Shown here in pieces: positions 63,901 to 64,000 of a stretch of 64,000 nt of DNA. Where the stretch lies: positions 87,234,001 through 87,298,000 of the forward strand of contig OZ024743.1 of the NCBI GenBank assembly GCA_964016885.1, in the 5' to 3' direction. Made by a program: the position numbers and the translations under genes. The DNA comes from Eledone cirrhosa (lineage: Eukaryota). The notes beneath the pieces were generated by a model. It did not search any database, was not told the origin of the DNA, and saw only the letters and a list, made by a program, of their open reading frames with translations. Positions within the stretch are counted from its first letter, which is position 1. Each line of letters starts with the position of its first letter.

Positions 63901-64000
63901 AGAGAAGGGGAAAGTCAATTGAATCGACCTCAGTGCATGACTGGTATTTTATTTTATTGACCCTGTAAGGATGAAAGGTGAAATAGACCTTAGCGGGATT

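Overview
AT-rich, repeat-dense eukaryotic DNA, most likely a coleoid cephalopod such as Octopus (inferred from CORE- and Meta-type SINEs, RTE LINEs with (GAT)n tails and very long (TA)n/(TACA)n tracts). Two host genes lie on the minus strand. The first is a spliced NIPA2-like Mg2+ transporter with 5 coding exons (60664->20438, 362 aa from the first in-frame ATG, all introns GT-AG). The second is the first coding exon of an MFSD4/NAGLT1-like MFS transporter (3937->3749), which continues beyond the left edge. The remainder is transposons and satellites: near-full-length RTE LINEs whose RT carries an inserted PHD finger, two Penelope-like elements (RT/GIY-YIG), DD37D (maT) and hAT relics, Helitron and piggyBac-like MITEs, L1/Tx1 and CR1 fragments. 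The most striking hidden signal is a set of sequence-unrelated fold-back (inverted-repeat) elements. Each sits against a (TA)n tract and carries a type I hammerhead ribozyme motif (CUGANGA...GAAA...NUH with paired stems), and several have unusually long stem II inserts. Two flank Penelope ORFs and at least four have no ORF, which suggests a Penelope-driven system of non-autonomous ribozyme hairpin elements, most of them inside NIPA2 introns. All assignments were made by eye and repeat boundaries are approximate.
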